Positions 62,179-64,000 of a DNA stretch of 64,000 nucleotides are shown piece by piece; positions within the stretch are counted from its first letter, which is position 1, and each line of letters begins with the position of its first letter. Both the position numbers and the translations under genes were made by a program. Location of the stretch: assembly GCA_027604505.1 (NCBI GenBank), contig JADIIX010000014.1:124001-188000 (forward strand), read 5' to 3'. The notes beneath the pieces are model-generated. The model was given only the letters and a program-made list of their open reading frames with translations, did no database searches and was not told the DNA's origin. The stretch comes from Gonapodya sp. JEL0774 (Eukaryota).

Positions 62179-64000
62179 ATGGACCCTGGAATCGCTGCAT
62201 GCCAGCGTGTTCTTGATGGTCTCGGGGCCCGCATCGTTCCTGAGTGGCTTCCCGAATGCGTGGCCTTTCTTCGTGAAGAGGTGCAAGCGGACAACGCAGC
62301 TCTTCCGCAGCTCGTCAAGGATCAGCTTTTAAGTGGCGATCTCGCTGAGTATGGTGAGCCGACCTTGCCGGCGGAGGTGGACCTGGAGAGGGCTCCGTCA
62401 TTCCCGACATCGGGCAACCCCGCCGAGAAAGTTTTGCTTCAGGTCGTTGAAGTGACGGAAATCGGACATTCGCTCAACTCGATGCTGAGGCTGGTTGAAG
62501 ATGAAATCGAGCGGCGACGTTTTGGCGGACTACCCAAAATTGACATTGTTGCGGATGAGCAAGAGGACGGTGGTGATGGTGGCGACGAATTGGACGTCGG
62601 AAGGCTCCGCCAATCTCAACGATCTGGAAACAATCAGCAGATGGGTGGGCGCGCCAACCCCAATTTCAATCCAAACGAAAACCTGCCGGCTGTGCCTACC
62701 TTGTTCAACCCTCGGGAACCTGTCACTTTTCCCCGTGGGACTCTCCGCCTCACACTAACGGACGGTCACAGAACTGTAACAGCACTGGAACTGGAGCGTG
62801 TCCCCGCTCTCAACTGCTGGACACCGAAAGGTTGCAAGGTCAGTGATTAAACGGACGATGTACTTGAACACCAGTGCAACTGCAACTGCACAACGTAGTC
62901 TGTCTGGTACGTTGAGAGGATGGAAACGATTGCTTTTGCCCTTTGAGGGTGGCTAGAGGGGTGAAGGAGAATGGAATGTGACATATATGCCAATGGCAAT
63001 GGAGTCATTACAATTCCTACAATGATCCTGTGTGCCACACAGCAACTGCGTGATGCTTCTTGAGTTCAGTTTCCAGGGTAATTGAATGCTTGCACACATA
63101 GGAACCGTGGAACAACACCACACTTCCACCGTTCTGTTCTGTTCTGATTCCGTGACCCACGACACAATTTTTTCACTCTTTCCCACACATTTCTCCCCCT
63201 CCCGCGTGCCACTCCAGATCGCCCTCACACGGACCTCTGTCCACCACTCCGTCCTCCTCCTCACCCCGCGTTCCGTGCAGATACTCGGTAATGCTGCCCA
63301 GCCGGTAGTCCCAGGCACGGAAGACGAAGTGGCAATGGAGTTCTTGAAGCGGATGAGCCAGGAGCTGAGAGAAAAGATGGGTGTCGGGGTGTGAGTATAA
63401 TCATTAGAGTTAAATAGTTGGGATGGAATGGGGCAATACTGTGGGGGATAGGGAACACCATCACGGATATGTGGACGTGACTACGGAGCGGCAGAAGAAC
63501 AATGCCTGCGAAAATTTGGACGTCAAACAGTACCAGGAGGAATGGATTTGTGGATGAATGGATTTGTGGATGTCGCGGGTTGCACAAGTCACCCTTTTGT
63601 ATCTCATGACTCTCCTCTACCCTTCCACCCCAGCCCGCAACTCGCCCCCTTTAACCCTTCCTTGAGCGCTGCCAACCCTCCGAATCCACCTTCACAGCCA
63701 CCATTCCCTCCTCCTGCCTCCGCCGATCCTCTCCAACCACAGCACGGTGTCCGGCGCACACAACGGTCCCCTCTCGCACAGACCGCCGATCTGCGCTCGC
63801 TCAACGGGGCACCTACACGCCCTACCGACAGCACAAACGTCCGTCCTTTGACCACCTCTTACCATCTACCATCCCGAGGACCCTCCTCTTCACTCGACGA
63901 CCCGGACCTTGCGCTTGACGATTCCCTCGATTTCGACCCTGACGAGGTCGTGGCAGCCGTTGCCGCTGGTAGACCGTTTGGAGGTACCTCACTTACATAT
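62179..64000 (+). CDS. RMI1: RecQ-mediated genome instability protein 1 (OB-fold); continues beyond right edge
   Basis: EWLPECVAFL..QLLSGDL; VLLQVVEVTEIGHS; PRGTLRLTLTDGHRTVTALELERVPALN..TPKGCK/I..SVHHSVLLLTPRSVQILG. Confidence 0.85.
63540..63572. repeat. Intronic 16-bp tandem duplication (gaatggatttgtggat) x2
   Basis: Read directly in an RMI1 intron. Confidence 0.8.

Overview
Gene-dense, intron-rich eukaryotic DNA with short GT-AG introns (typical donors gtgagt/gtgcgt). The gene content points to a zoosporic (flagellated, chytrid-like) fungus; the exact taxon cannot be fixed from sequence alone. About 21 spliced genes can be reconstructed by hand, in order: NDC80 (runs off the left edge), FAF1-like 40S biogenesis factor, DUF4291 protein, PDCD2/TSR4, EMC1, COQ8/ABC1, SIN1/AVO1, GT25-like glycosyltransferase, CAMK-group kinase, GPI-anchored PI-PLC-X-like protein, secreted ACE-like (M2) peptidase, atypical DFN kinase, UBXN11-like, androglobin-like, SEC14, CLA4/PAK, cystathionine beta-synthase, a degenerate CPLANE2/RSG1-like GTPase, flavin amine oxidase, PP6/SIT4 and RMI1 (runs off the right edge). 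Most notable: an androglobin homologue whose globin+IQ module is cleanly absent within one exon, an intron-rich fungal ACE homologue with intact zinc ligands, several cilium-associated genes within about 17 kb, a CpG-depleted probable methylated repeat relic, and two structured long introns that may host H/ACA RNAs. All homology calls come from recalled family motifs, not database searches. Exon boundaries are hand-derived. No rRNA, tRNA, CRISPR array or intact transposon was seen.
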